Assembly (NCBI GenBank): GCA_021790335.1
Contig: JAJYEE010000002.1
Span: forward strand, 4,164 to 68,163
Direction of reading: 5' to 3'
DNA from: Pseudomonadota bacterium
GTDB taxonomy: Bacteria; Pseudomonadota; Gammaproteobacteria; Acidiferrobacterales; UBA6901
DNA: 64,000 nt
Below are positions 23,845 to 34,758 of the stretch, piece after piece; the first letter of the stretch is position 1; every line of letters begins with the position of its first letter. The position numbers and the translations under genes were made by a program. Under the pieces are notes generated by a model. That model ran no database searches and was not told where the DNA came from. It worked only from the letters and a program-made list of their open reading frames with translations.

Positions 23845-25184
23845 GCACGGCACCGCATGCTGCCGATCCCCGCGCAGGTGGGCGCGTGGACCCGCCTCTG
23901 GCCGATCGCATGCGTCCGGCGCGCATCGAGGATTTTGTCGGACAACCGCATCTGCTCGGACCAGGCAAGGCGTTGCGGCGGGCGATCGAATCGGAAAACC
24001 CGCACTCCATGATCCTGTGGGGTCCTCCGGGCACCGGCAAGACCACGCTGGCCCGGCTCATCGCCGCGCGCGGCGGTGCGCATTTCATCGGTCTGTCGGC
24101 GGTGTTCGCCGGGGTCAAGGACATCCGCGCCGCAGTCGATGAGGCCATGCGTCTGCGGCGCGAAGCGCGCCGCAGCACGGTCCTGTTCGTCGACGAGGTG
24201 CATCGATTCAACAAGGCGCAGCAGGACGGATTCCTGCCGTATGTCGAGGATGGCACTCTGACGTTCATTGGTGCGACCACCGAGAATCCGTCGTTCGAAC
24301 TCAACAAGGCCCTGCTGTCGCGTGCCCGCGTGTACGTGCTCAAGGTACTGCAGCCTGGCGACATCCGCCGACTCATCGACCGTGCGCTGGACGATCGGGA
24401 GTGCGGTCTGGGCAACCTCGGACTCGACATGCCGGAGGCGCTGCGTGACATCCTGAGCGTGGCCGCCGATGGCGATGCACGCCGCGCCTTGAATCTGCTC
24501 GAGCTTGCCGCTGACCTGGCCGAACTGCGCGGCGGTCGGCTTGCCATCACCGAGGAGAGCGTGCAGGAGCTGATCAGCGGCGGTGTGCGCCGTTTCGACA
24601 AGGGTGGCGAGGTTTTTTATGACCAGATCTCGGCGCTTCACAAGTCGGTGCGCGGTTCGTCTCCGGATGCCGCGCTCTACTGGCTGGCGCGCATGCTGGA
24701 TGGCGGATGCGATCCGCTGTATGTCGCACGCCGCGTGGTGCGCATGGCGAGCGAGGACATCGGCAATGCCGATCCGCGCGGTTTGGAGATCGCGCTCAAT
24801 GCCTGGGACGTGCAGGAGCGTCTGGGCAGCCCGGAGGGGGAACTCGCCATAGCCCAAGCCATTGTTTACCTGGCATGTGCGCCAAAGAGCAATGCCGTCT
24901 ATACGGCCTTCGGCGCTGCCCGCGAAGATGTACGTACTGGCGGTTCTCTCGAGGTGCCACTGCGTCTGCGCAACGCACCGACCGGGCTGATGAAGGATCT
25001 CGGCTACGGCGGGCGTTACCGCTATGCGCACGACGAACCGGAAGCTTATGCCGCCGGCGAGAACTATTTTCCTGATGAGCTGGCGGGCAAGCACTATTAT
25101 CGCCCGGTCGCGCGCGGGTTGGAGCAGAAGATAGCCGAACGCCTCGCACATCTGCGCGATCTGGATAAAAAGCGCGGCAATTGA
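23841..25184 (+). CDS. rarA: Replication-associated recombination protein A
   Basis: [52 protein letters not shown]. Confidence 0.96.
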   Translation: MSTAPHAADPRAGGRVDPPLADRMRPARIEDFVGQPHLLGPGKALRRAIESENPHSMILWGPPGTGKTTLARLIAARGGAHFIGLSAVFAGVKDIRAAVDEAMRLRREARRSTVLFVDEVHRFNKAQQDGFLPYVEDGTLTFIGATTENPSFELNKALLSRARVYVLKVLQPGDIRRLIDRALDDRECGLGNLGLDMPEALRDILSVAADGDARRALNLLELAADLAELRGGRLAITEESVQELISGGVRRFDKGGEVFYDQISALHKSVRGSSPDAALYWLARMLDGGCDPLYVARRVVRMASEDIGNADPRGLEIALNAWDVQERLGSPEGELAIAQAIVYLACAPKSNAVYTAFGAAREDVRTGGSLEVPLRLRNAPTGLMKDLGYGGRYRYAHDEPEAYAAGENYFPDELAGKHYYRPVARGLEQKIAERLAHLRDLDKKRGN

Positions 25185-25747
25185 AGTCTTTCATGCTCCG
25201 GACCTCGGCTGTCATTGCGCCGACAGGGCGCAGGATGACTGAAGTGCCTGCTTGGGCACCGAGCCTGGATGGATCGTGTCGCTGAATTCATCCCGCGCGC
25301 CGTAGCGACGGACCTGTTCACCGGCCATTCCGGCCGTGTCCTGGGCGCATGGGCGAAGCGTCGTCTGTGTCGCCCTCGGTCTGCGCATCTTGATACATCC
25401 CGTGCACCGTCCCTGATTTTCTTGTACACGAGCCTGCGGGTAACTGTGTCGCAGGGCGGATACCTTGCGCATGAATCGGTGATTGTGCGGGGAAAGTTTG
25501 CATTGATTGTGCAAGAAGCACACGATCATGTCGCCGGCATGGAATAGCATCCGGCAGAACACCGAATCCAACGCAATCGATCATCATGGACTGGCAGTCT
25601 GAACGGCAGCGTCCGAGGCCAGACAGCGAGCTTTTCCCGCTGTTTCCTCGGCAGGCGAAACTGTCGGATTGGTCCGCTGTCTTAGACGTTAAGTTGCGAC
25701 GTAACAGACGATCGGGCGCATGCAGAAAAAAGCCCAAGGAAATTCAT

Positions 25748-27832
25748 ATGAGTGACGAGGTTTCGACCGCGATAACCGCTTCTTCCTTGGATGAGCTTAG
25801 TATTAACGCACTGCGTTTCCTTTCCGTTGATGCCATTCAAAAAGCAAATAGTGGACACCCTGGACTGCCGCTGGGCGCGGCGGCGATGGCCTATGTGCTG
25901 TGGACGCGTTTCCTCAAACACCATCCGGCCAATCCAGACTGGTTCGACCGCGACCGCTTTGTCCTTTCCGCCGGACACGGATCGATGCTGCTTTACAGCC
26001 TGCTCCACCTTACCGGTTATGCGTTGCCGCTGGAACAGATCAAGCAGTTCCGTCAATGGGGCAGCATGACCCCGGGACACCCGGAGCGCGGTCTCACACC
26101 GGGGGTGGAGACCACGACCGGACCCCTGGGCCAGGGGTTCGGTAATGGTGTTGGCATGGCCATGGCCGAGGCCCACCTGGCGGCGCGGTACAACCGTCCA
26201 GGTTTTAAGGTCATCGATCATTACACCTACGGTATCCTCAGCGACGGTGACCTGATGGAAGGTGTTGCGTCGGAATCGGCCTCGCTCGCGGGTCATCTGC
26301 AGCTTGGCAAACTGATTTATCTGTACGATAACAATCACGTCACGCTCTCGGCCGGAACTGCTATCACCTTTACCGAGAATTGTGCGCGCCGTTTCGAGGC
26401 GTATGGCTGGCATACGCTGGCGGTAATGGATGGAAACGACCCGGCTGAGATTGAGCGCGCACTGGAAAGCGCGCACTCCGAAACACAGCGACCGTCGCTG
26501 ATTCTGCTGCACACCCATCTTGGGTATGGATCGCCGCACAAGCAGGACAGTTTCGAAGCGCATGGGTCGCCGCTCGGAACGGCAGAGGTGCGGTTGACGA
26601 AAGAGACCCTGGGCTGGCCGACGGAGCCGCCGTTTTACATTCCCGAGGCGGTCCGCGCACATTTTCTGCGGGTGTCCGAGCATGGCAAGCGGGCCGAGGC
26701 GGCGTGGAACGAAAAATTTTCCGCCTATGCCCAGGCCTTTCCCGAACTGGCCCGGGAACTGCAGCAGCTGATGCGCGGCGATTTGCCTGCCGGCTGGGAT
26801 GCGGACATCCCCCGGTTCCCGGCCGACGCCAAAGGCATGGCCACCCGCGTCGCCTCGGGCAAGATCATGAACGCCATCGCACCGCGCCTGCCGGCGCTGA
26901 TCGGTGGCTCGGCCGATCTGGATCCCTCGACCTACACCGCGCTGCAGGGGTTGGGAGACTTCGAAGCGTCGGGGGCGGGTATCAGCGACAAGCAGGGTTC
27001 GGACGACGGCGGGTGGTCGTACGCCGGCCGCAATCTGCACTTTGGTGTACGCGAGCACGCCATGGGTGCGATCATAAACGGCCTGGCCGTGCACGGGGGA
27101 ACTCTACCGTTCGGCGCAACGTTTCTGGTGTTTTCGGATTATATGCGGCCACCGATGCGCCTCGCCGCTCTGATGGGGTTGCACGTAATCTATGTGTTTA
27201 CTCACGACAGCCTTGCGCTCGGCGAGGACGGCTCCACGCATCAGCCGGTCGAACAACTCGCCAGCTTGCGCGCGATTCCGCGTCTGACTGTCATTCGCCC
27301 CGGCGACGCCAATGAGACCGCCGTCGCGTGGCGCGTTGCCTTGACGACACGCGATCGGCCGGTGGCGCTGGTGCTTACGCGGCAAGCGGTGCCAACACTC
27401 GACCGCGAACTGTATGCTGACGCCGATGGCTTGCAAAATGGCGCGTACATACTGGCCGATGATCCAAGCGGCAAGCTTGATCTGATTCTCATGGCCAGCG
27501 GCTCTGAAATCGGACTGATCGTGGAGGCCAGACAGCGGCTGCTGGAGGAAAAAATCCGGGTGCGCATTGTCTCGATGCCGAGCTGGGAACTGTTCGAGGC
27601 GCAGCCGCAGGCATATCGTGACAAGGTGCTGCCGCCAGCGGTCAAAGGCAGACTCGCGGTCGAGGCCGGTGTGTCGCAAGGGTGGCATCGTTATGTCGGC
27701 AGCTGCGGCGATGTGCTCGCCGTGGACCGATTCGGCGCATCGGCCCCCGGTGAAGTTATGATGCGCGAGTATGGGTTTACCGTCGACAACGTATGCAGGC
27801 GGGCTGTTTCCATTCTGGACACTTTGTCCTGA
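25748..27832 (+). CDS. tkt: Transketolase
   Basis: [28 protein letters not shown] ThDP motif, [16 protein letters not shown]; likely start 25748. Confidence 0.96.
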   Translation: MSDEVSTAITASSLDELSINALRFLSVDAIQKANSGHPGLPLGAAAMAYVLWTRFLKHHPANPDWFDRDRFVLSAGHGSMLLYSLLHLTGYALPLEQIKQFRQWGSMTPGHPERGLTPGVETTTGPLGQGFGNGVGMAMAEAHLAARYNRPGFKVIDHYTYGILSDGDLMEGVASESASLAGHLQLGKLIYLYDNNHVTLSAGTAITFTENCARRFEAYGWHTLAVMDGNDPAEIERALESAHSETQRPSLILLHTHLGYGSPHKQDSFEAHGSPLGTAEVRLTKETLGWPTEPPFYIPEAVRAHFLRVSEHGKRAEAAWNEKFSAYAQAFPELARELQQLMRGDLPAGWDADIPRFPADAKGMATRVASGKIMNAIAPRLPALIGGSADLDPSTYTALQGLGDFEASGAGISDKQGSDDGGWSYAGRNLHFGVREHAMGAIINGLAVHGGTLPFGATFLVFSDYMRPPMRLAALMGLHVIYVFTHDSLALGEDGSTHQPVEQLASLRAIPRLTVIRPGDANETAVAWRVALTTRDRPVALVLTRQAVPTLDRELYADADGLQNGAYILADDPSGKLDLILMASGSEIGLIVEARQRLLEEKIRVRIVSMPSWELFEAQPQAYRDKVLPPAVKGRLAVEAGVSQGWHRYVGSCGDVLAVDRFGASAPGEVMMREYGFTVDNVCRRAVSILDTLS

Positions 27833-28496
27833 TACGGTAGCTTTTTTGCCGGACGCGACGCATCGCACTTTTAATGGCGAGACGGACGCGGGTATCGCCG
27901 CAATGCGGGGCGTGTATCACCGCAACCCGACGTTGCGAACGTTCCAGCCCGAGTCCGTGCGGTTACGGGTGTTACAGAATGCACCTTTTTGCGCCGGTCC
28001 AGAGGGATGACATGCGCTTTCGGATCGCGAAAAACAGCGTGCACCGTGGAGTGCGGCCGGACGCACGAGGAATGCGCATCCATCCTCCAGCCGGCGTTTG
28101 CGGTTGGGAGTAGGCATTGGGGAATCACGCCAAATCTCCACAGCCGGTCAAAGTCGCTTGACATCGGAAAAGATACCGCCGGGTCACGCTATCAGCCTGA
28201 ATATTGCTCACGCGATTGCGCGATGAGGCGCAAAGAATTGCAATCTTTTCGGGCGTGTTCGATACGCCTTGGAACACTGCCGCAGCGTGGGTCGGTGGGC
28301 GTGGTCTGTGGAGCCGTACGCATCGGGCGATAATTGTGGGAAGTGGTGAGCCCGGATATAGGGCGGTGGCCGAGCGGATTGCAGACACAGATATTCCGGC
28401 GCTGGCGGATCGTGCCGGCGGTCGGCACGAGTATGATCGTGGAATTTTCATTGCTTCTGCCACGGGCTTGCCCTGATTAAGTCAAGGAGACTCAAG

Positions 28497-29516
28497 ATGC
28501 AACTCGGTATGATCGGATTAGGACGTATGGGTGCCAATCTGGTGCGGCGTTTGGCGAAGGATGGTCACGATTGCGTCGTCTACGACGTAAACCCGGCCAC
28601 GGTAAAAGAAATCGCGGGTTTCGGCATTGAGGGGGCCGCCTCAATCGACGACCTGGTTGCGAAACTGGCCAAACCGCGTGCGGTCTGGATCATGGTTCCG
28701 GCAAGCGTGGCAGGCAAGACGGTCGAAGAACTGGCCGTGCGCATGGATGCCGGCGACATCATTATCGACGGTGGCAATAGCTACTATCGTGACGATCTTC
28801 TGAGGGCGGAGGCGCTCAAGGCGAAGGGCATGCATTACGTCGATTGCGGCACCAGCGGCGGAGTGTTCGGGTTGGAACGTGGCTACTGCTTGATGATTGG
28901 CGGAGAGGACCGGATCGTCAGGCATCTGGAACCGATCTTCAGGAGCATCGCGCCCGGGATCGAGGCGGCGCCGCGCACTCCGGGCAGAAGGGGCACCGCC
29001 AGTCCCGCCGAGCACGGTTACCTGCATTGCGGCCCGACCGGCGCGGGCCACTTCGTCAAGATGGTCCACAACGGCATTGAGTATGGTCTTATGGCGGCTT
29101 ATGCAGAAGGTCTCAATATCCTGCGCAACGCCAACGCTGGAAAACGCACGCTCGATAGAGATGCCGAGACCGCGCCGATGCGTAACCCGGAGCATTATGA
29201 GTATGAACTCGATTTGACTGAGATCGCAGAAGTCTGGCGACGCGGCAGTGTGGTTACGTCATGGCTCCTAGACCTGACGGCCGCAGCGCTGGTTGAGGAC
29301 GCCGATCTCACCGGGTACGCGGGGCGCGTGTCGGATTCAGGTGAAGGGCGCTGGACCGCGCTTGCCGCCATCGACGAAGGCGTACCCGCGCCAGTAATCA
29401 ACGCGGCGCTCTTTGAGCGCTTTGCATCGCGCGGCAATGACGATTATGCCAACCGGATTCTGTCCGCAATGAGAAAGCAGTTTGGCGGACATGATGAAAA
29501 GAAAAAAGAGCGCTGA
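28497..29516 (+). CDS. gnd: Decarboxylating 6-phosphogluconate dehydrogenase (short YqeC type)
   Basis: [50 protein letters not shown]; AAGGAG RBS. Confidence 0.95.
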   Translation: MQLGMIGLGRMGANLVRRLAKDGHDCVVYDVNPATVKEIAGFGIEGAASIDDLVAKLAKPRAVWIMVPASVAGKTVEELAVRMDAGDIIIDGGNSYYRDDLLRAEALKAKGMHYVDCGTSGGVFGLERGYCLMIGGEDRIVRHLEPIFRSIAPGIEAAPRTPGRRGTASPAEHGYLHCGPTGAGHFVKMVHNGIEYGLMAAYAEGLNILRNANAGKRTLDRDAETAPMRNPEHYEYELDLTEIAEVWRRGSVVTSWLLDLTAAALVEDADLTGYAGRVSDSGEGRWTALAAIDEGVPAPVINAALFERFASRGNDDYANRILSAMRKQFGGHDEKKKER

Positions 29517-29824
29517 TGTACGCAAAGACCAAGGCTGGCCAGGAACCATCCGGTGTGCTCTGCAGCGGCTACGTTCGCCTCCGCAACTTGATGGCACGTC
29601 GGCATTCGCAAAATCGTGGAACGACCTGATGGATTGCATCGCTTCGAGAAGCATTTCGCTCCGGCGGCGGTCCGGATCCCGGGCGGGATGATGTCCGGTT
29701 CGACCGGACGGCGTGACTGCCGGCGTGACTATTGCGGCAGTGGCAGTCGGATTCGCCCACGAACGGGCAGACGCGCCTGATTCAGTGCGCACCGGCATGT
29801 GCCCGTGCGCCCGTGCTCGACGGT

Positions 29825-30136
29825 TCAGGCGGCGCTTCTGCGCGTCGCGCGCGAGGCGTCAGCGTTGCGCGGGCAGCGGGCACTGACATCGGGAACCTCG
29901 AGCATCCACAGACAAAATTCGAGGTCCCGGACCATGGCCGGATGCGTGTGGTGCAGGCTCGCCGGAAATACAAAACAGACGGTATCCGGACAGACGGTGC
30001 ACGTCCCACAGGGCTGCGGCTGTTTTCCCCCCTGCCAGTGCGCGGCCGCAATGCCCAGCAGCCGGTATATCCAGTTGGAAGGACGGACCCGTTGCTTCTC
30101 GGAACCAAACGCCACGAACCCTGCTGGATCTCTCAT
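29825..30136 (-). CDS. Hypothetical 103-aa Cys/His-rich protein
   Basis: ATG ~38 nt downstream of a consensus sigma54 promoter; about 72% G/C at third codon positions (manual count); PCGTCTVCPDTVC and HHTH; no family recognised. Confidence 0.45.
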   Translation of the reverse strand: MRDPAGFVAFGSEKQRVRPSNWIYRLLGIAAAHWQGGKQPQPCGTCTVCPDTVCFVFPASLHHTHPAMVRDLEFCLWMLEVPDVSARCPRNADASRATRRSAA

Positions 30137-30183
30137 CGCGGATCACCGTGTGTCGAGCGGTCACGTGCTCTCGCGGTGATCAA

Positions 30184-30201
30184 AAGCAAACCCCGTGCCA
30201 A
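30184..30201 (-). promoter_or_regulatory. sigma54 (-24/-12) promoter
   Basis: Minus strand TTGGCACGGGGTTTGCTT: exact TGGCAC-N5-TTGC. Confidence 0.75.
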
Positions 30202-30221
30202 CGGGGAACAGCATTTGTAAA

Positions 30222-30234
30222 CAATAAGTTGGGA
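30222..30234 (-). promoter_or_regulatory. IHF-like site between sigma54 promoter and putative enhancer
   Basis: Minus strand TCCCAACTTATTG fits the CAANNNNTTR core of WATCAANNNNTTR, in an AT-rich tract ~50-60 nt upstream of the predicted TSS. Confidence 0.4.
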
Positions 30235-30263
30235 TATTTTTTGGCGAATTCCTTTTCAGATTC

Positions 30264-30311
30264 TGCACCATAGACAGGAAATTCTCGATGCCCTTGGGCA
30301 TTGTTGGTGCA
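30264..30311. promoter_or_regulatory. Pair of NtrC-like enhancer sites
   Basis: TGCACCA (30264-70) and TGGTGCA (30305-11) half-sites; 17-bp sites centred 31 bp apart; other half-sites degenerate. Confidence 0.35.
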
Positions 30312-30772
30312 CCTTCGCATATCGCGGCGCTGGCAGCCTGCGGCGAATGGACATCAGGCTGGTGCCGGTGGCGATCGGGGTAGCGGGCGATGCGTGCGCA
30401 CTGCGAGTCGACGCTGTCAGTGTGGCCCGGGCAAACCCCGCAATGGGCTGGCGTGTTGCGTACGCCCGGCGGTTTTCCGCCATCAAGAGTGGCCCGAAAG
30501 TCCACCAGCCACGTGCAGTGCCGACAAGCAGCCTTGGATGCAGATGATGGTTGTGCAACGAAAGATGCGTGACCACACCGGTCTATGCCGGGTCGCGGGA
30601 CCGCAAGCGCCAGATGCCGTGGCATCCGTCGGCATGCCATGACGTTCTGGCTAAATGGGCGAGGAGCACACCACCAATCCGTATTTTGTCCGATGTAACC
30701 GACGCCGCACGGCCCGTCCGCTGAGTGTCCGACACCGGTACGGTCAGGAGAATGCTCGCCGCAATTGGCCTC

Positions 30773-33700
30773 TCATCGCTTGCCGCGCCTGGGTTTGCGC
30801 AAAGGGTTGCCGGGATCCGATGAGGCTTTGCCGCGCGTGACCCGCTGATTGCGCCGCAGCAGCCTGGTCATTCCTTCGGAGCCCAGCGGTTTGCTGAAGT
30901 GGTATCCCTGCATGCCGTCACATTGATGCGTGCGCATAAACGCGCGCTGTGCCGATGTTTCCACGCCCTCGGCGATCACGCGAATTCCGAGACTGTGGGC
31001 CATGGCAATGATGGCCTGTGCGATCGCGGCATCGTTCGGATCCGTTGGAATGTCGCGCACGAACGAGCGGTCGATCTTGAGTGCATCGATGGGAAAGCGC
31101 TTGAGATAAGAGAGCGAGGAGTATCCGGTACCGAAATCGTCCATGGTGAAAACCACACCCAGGCCGTGCAGCCGTTTCATGGTGGCGAGTGTTTCATTGG
31201 TATTGTGCAGCAAAATGCTCTCGGTCAGTTCCAGATCCAGATATAGCGGGTCGAGGCCGGTGTCTCTCAGGACTGCTTCTATCAGCCTTGCCAGATCGTG
31301 GTTCTGGAACTGGCGCCCGGAAAGATTCACCGCGATCCGGAAGTTGTCGAATCCGGCGATGCGCCACGCCTGGGCCTGGTGGCAGGCGGTGCGCAATACC
31401 CATTCACCGATAGGGATGATGAGCCCGGTTTCCTCGGCCAGCGGTATGAATTTCAGCGGTGGTACCAGACCCATTTCCGGGTGCCGCCAGCGCAGCAGGG
31501 CTTCCATGCCGGTGATGTCGCCGGTTGCGAAATCAACCTGCGGCTGGTAGCACACCGCGAGCTCGTTGCGATCCAGCGCGTGGCGCAGTGCGGTTTCGAG
31601 TCGCAGCCGCTGGACTGTGCGGCGATTGAGTTCGGTTGTGTAGAACTGGAAAGTGTTGCGGCCGAGTTCCTTGGCGTGATACATGGCGGCATCGGCATTG
31701 CGCAGCAGGCTGTCGAGATCGCTGTCGTCGAACGGATACAGAGTAATGCCGATGCTGGCGCTTATGAACATTTCACGTCCGCCGATCAGGAAAGGCGGAA
31801 TGAAACTCTCAATGAGTTTCTGTGCCAGGCGTGCTGCATCATCCACGTGCGCAATGTTGGCCAGCACGACGGTGAACTCATCGCCACCGAGGCGCGCGAT
31901 CGTGTCGCCGGCGCGGATGCGATCGGTCAGGCGGCTGGCCACTTCCTTGAGCAGCGCGTCGCCCATTTCATGACCAAGCGTATCGTTGATGATCTTGAAA
32001 CGGTCCAGGTCGAGAAACAGCAGCGCCACCATGCGCTCGCGCCGGCCGGCATTGAGCATCGCCTGGCTCAGGCGGTCCTGGAGAAGAATGCGGTTGGGAA
32101 GACCCGTGAGCGGGTCGTAGTGCGCAAGATAGTGGAGCCGTTCCTGCGTTTCGCGGTGTTCGGTAATGTCTTCCGTGACACCCAGCAGATACTGAATCCG
32201 TCCGTCCCGGTCTTTTACCGGGATGAGCTGAGAGTCAAAATTTCGTCCGGTAGTCGTGACGAACTGAAATTGGCATGATGTTCCCTGCAACGCCTCCTCG
32301 AGAAGGCCATGAATGCGCGCGCGATCGGGTTCGCTTACCGACGCGAGCATTTCGGTTCCGCAGACCTCATATTCATTTTTCGCGCCGAGCATGCGCAGAC
32401 CGGCGCGGTTGATGCTCGTGATCCGGCCATTCGAGTCGATGGTGTGGATGGAAAGCGGGATGTTTTGCACGACACCGCGAAAGCGCTCTTCACTCGTGCG
32501 CAGTGCTTCCTCGGCCCGAACGCGCTCGGTTATGTCCTTGCCGGTGGATACGAAATGCGTTATGTGGCCATCATGGCTCTTGAGCGGTGTTATGGTTTTC
32601 TCTTCGTAATACAGCGATCCGTCTTTCTTGCAGTTGATAAATCGATCGCGGAATGCCTGGCCATTCAGAATCGTCGCCCACATCCGATCGAAGAACGCCG
32701 TGTCGTGCTGCCCAGTATTGAGAGTCTGCAGATTTTTTCCGATCGTTTCGTCGCGTGTGTATCCCGTCACCGCTTCATGGGCAGGGTTGACGTACTGGAT
32801 GATGCCGCATCGGTCGGTGATGACGACGGAATCGGCAGTTTGCTCGATGACACTCGAAAGCTCGCGCATGTGCAGTTCGGCGGCTTTGCGCGCGCTGATG
32901 TCCTCGATCACAGAAATGACATATTTTGGACCGTTCAGATCCCGTACGACCGATGCAGTCAGATTCGTCCAGACCAGCGAGCCGTCCTTTCGGTAATAGC
33001 GCCTTTCGGTCGAACAGGTCGAGATTTCCCCCGCCAGTATACGGCGGTCGGACTCGCGGTTGGCTTCCAGATCATCGAGGTAGGTAAGGCCATGGAAGGT
33101 GCGCTCGAGCACTTCGGCCTGCGTATAACCCAGTATGTCGCAGAATTTCTGATTGATGCGCAGAAACCGGCCGTCGAGTCCGACGTGTGCGATTCCCACG
33201 GCTGCCTGGCTGAACGTCGCACTGAAGCGTTCTTCGCTCTCGCGCATGGTTTCAGCGGTGCGCCGACGCTCGACCTCCGCGGCAGCGCGATCGGCGCAGA
33301 GCCGCAAAACGAGTTCGATGTGTTCCTTGTTGGAAATCGTCTTCTCGTGCATGGCAACGAGCAAGCCGATGACTCGTCCGGCAGAGTCGAATAGCGGATG
33401 ACCGATGAACGCCTCGGCACGACAGCGTCGGATGAGTTCGTCACCCGAGTAATGCGTCCCGACGCTGTCCGGAAAATGACATACGATCTTGGAGTCCACG
33501 CGTCCGCATGGCGTATCCGCATGAAGATGGTAGTCAATGTTGGCTACGATACTGCCGTGATCACAGAATGCGATAGTGCGGATGACGTCGGGATCTTTCG
33601 GGGCCGGTTCGCCTACGAAGACGTAGTCCACGCCGAGAACGCGTGACAGGGTTAGCACCAGATTCGGCAGGAAGTTATCACCACTTGTCCCCGACAGCGC

Positions 33701-34279
33701 CTGAGAGACTTCCTGCAGTGTGTTGCTCGCATGTGCCTGAGCGGCCTCGGCACGGTGCCAGGCGATCAGCAGGGCGAAGGCATCCGCGTAACATTTAGCC
33801 AGAATCTCATCGTTGTCGTCGAAAGATTCACCATTGGTTTTCTCGCTGAGAAGAAAGTGCCCGTAATGGTGGTTCCCTTGCGCGATCGGTACTGCAAGCA
33901 GCGATTTTATGGGCGGATGGTGGAGGGGCGACCCTGTAAAGCGCGGATCCTGGGAAAGCTCGTCGAGGCGCAGGGTTTCGGTGCCCGTGATTGCGGTCAG
34001 CAGCCCATGGCCGCGCGGTGGATGCCCGATGCGGCTTGCCGTGGCGGCAGCCAAGCCAGTGGAAATGAACTGCTTGATTCCATTCCCTTCCAAGGTTGCG
34101 ATGGCGCCATAGCGTACCCCGATGAGCGCAGTGAGCGATTCGATGCCATGATGCAGCACGTCATCTTCAGGCACGCGCGTGACCGGCAGTGTCTGCAGTT
34201 TGTGCAGCGCTTCGTGCAGCTTCTGCAGCTGTGCGGTGCCAATGTCGTTTTGAAATGACGGAATCGAGCTGAAAGACAT
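30773..34279 (-). CDS. GAF-GAF-PAS(x3)-GGDEF-EAL c-di-GMP cyclase/phosphodiesterase
   Basis: RLGGDEF with RAGD I-site five residues upstream, EALLRW, DDFGTGYSSL; PAS/PAC repeats; two GAF-like N-terminal domains. Confidence 0.93.
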   Translation of the reverse strand: MSFSSIPSFQNDIGTAQLQKLHEALHKLQTLPVTRVPEDDVLHHGIESLTALIGVRYGAIATLEGNGIKQFISTGLAAATASRIGHPPRGHGLLTAITGTETLRLDELSQDPRFTGSPLHHPPIKSLLAVPIAQGNHHYGHFLLSEKTNGESFDDNDEILAKCYADAFALLIAWHRAEAAQAHASNTLQEVSQALSGTSGDNFLPNLVLTLSRVLGVDYVFVGEPAPKDPDVIRTIAFCDHGSIVANIDYHLHADTPCGRVDSKIVCHFPDSVGTHYSGDELIRRCRAEAFIGHPLFDSAGRVIGLLVAMHEKTISNKEHIELVLRLCADRAAAEVERRRTAETMRESEERFSATFSQAAVGIAHVGLDGRFLRINQKFCDILGYTQAEVLERTFHGLTYLDDLEANRESDRRILAGEISTCSTERRYYRKDGSLVWTNLTASVVRDLNGPKYVISVIEDISARKAAELHMRELSSVIEQTADSVVITDRCGIIQYVNPAHEAVTGYTRDETIGKNLQTLNTGQHDTAFFDRMWATILNGQAFRDRFINCKKDGSLYYEEKTITPLKSHDGHITHFVSTGKDITERVRAEEALRTSEERFRGVVQNIPLSIHTIDSNGRITSINRAGLRMLGAKNEYEVCGTEMLASVSEPDRARIHGLLEEALQGTSCQFQFVTTTGRNFDSQLIPVKDRDGRIQYLLGVTEDITEHRETQERLHYLAHYDPLTGLPNRILLQDRLSQAMLNAGRRERMVALLFLDLDRFKIINDTLGHEMGDALLKEVASRLTDRIRAGDTIARLGGDEFTVVLANIAHVDDAARLAQKLIESFIPPFLIGGREMFISASIGITLYPFDDSDLDSLLRNADAAMYHAKELGRNTFQFYTTELNRRTVQRLRLETALRHALDRNELAVCYQPQVDFATGDITGMEALLRWRHPEMGLVPPLKFIPLAEETGLIIPIGEWVLRTACHQAQAWRIAGFDNFRIAVNLSGRQFQNHDLARLIEAVLRDTGLDPLYLDLELTESILLHNTNETLATMKRLHGLGVVFTMDDFGTGYSSLSYLKRFPIDALKIDRSFVRDIPTDPNDAAIAQAIIAMAHSLGIRVIAEGVETSAQRAFMRTHQCDGMQGYHFSKPLGSEGMTRLLRRNQRVTRGKASSDPGNPLRKPRRGKR

Positions 34280-34438
34280 CGTCGCGGCGTCAGACTAATT
34301 TCGTCAGTTTTAAGAAGACGAGGTGCATGAACGGGTCCGACTTCCTGACAACCTTAATAGTTAAATTAGATAATCTAGTTTGGGAACATCCAGCCGCTTC
34401 CCCTGGGTTTCCGGTGCGGTTGGCGGACTCGATATATA

Positions 34439-34457
34439 AAGCAAAATCCATGCCAAA
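34439..34457 (-). promoter_or_regulatory. sigma54 (-24/-12) promoter of the GGDEF-EAL gene
   Basis: Minus strand TTTGGCATGGATTTTGCTT (GG-N10-GC), ~150 nt upstream of ATG 34279. Confidence 0.65.
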
Positions 34458-34700
34458 GACTGACCTGAATTCGGCCGTGGTGGTGCATTCCGCGAGGCCT
34501 GTCAGCACGCCGCGACTTTTCTGGCCGAAGCAGGAAAGCCGGCAGCTCCACGGAAACAATCTGAGCCAGAGTAAATCCCGTCTCGCCCGTACCCCGGTCC
34601 AACAAAAAGTTTCTCGGCCGGCGCGGGGTCGACGGGGTTAGCCGGGCGGACCGGATGCGGATAAAAGCCTAAAAGCCCCCTGACCACCGCGGCATGATGC

Positions 34701-34758
34701 GGCAACTGCCTTCACAGGTCCGGAAAACCGACCGGACCCGTGAAGGCTGCGTTTGCCC
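34701..34758. other. Long intergenic hairpin
   Basis: 34708-34723 pairs with 34732-34747 (15/16 plus one wobble, 8-nt loop), extended by GGCAA/TTGCC. Confidence 0.7.

Noticed and set aside
25250-25265. att-like copy of the tRNA-Leu 3' end (TGGGCACCGAG vs TGGTACCGAG)
   Set aside because: Too short and imperfect to call an attachment site
30161-30640. 159-aa minus-strand ORF or its 46-aa tail (MPKGIENF...)
   Set aside because: Runs through the sigma54/IHF/enhancer elements and has no protein motifs; the DNA is better explained as regulatory
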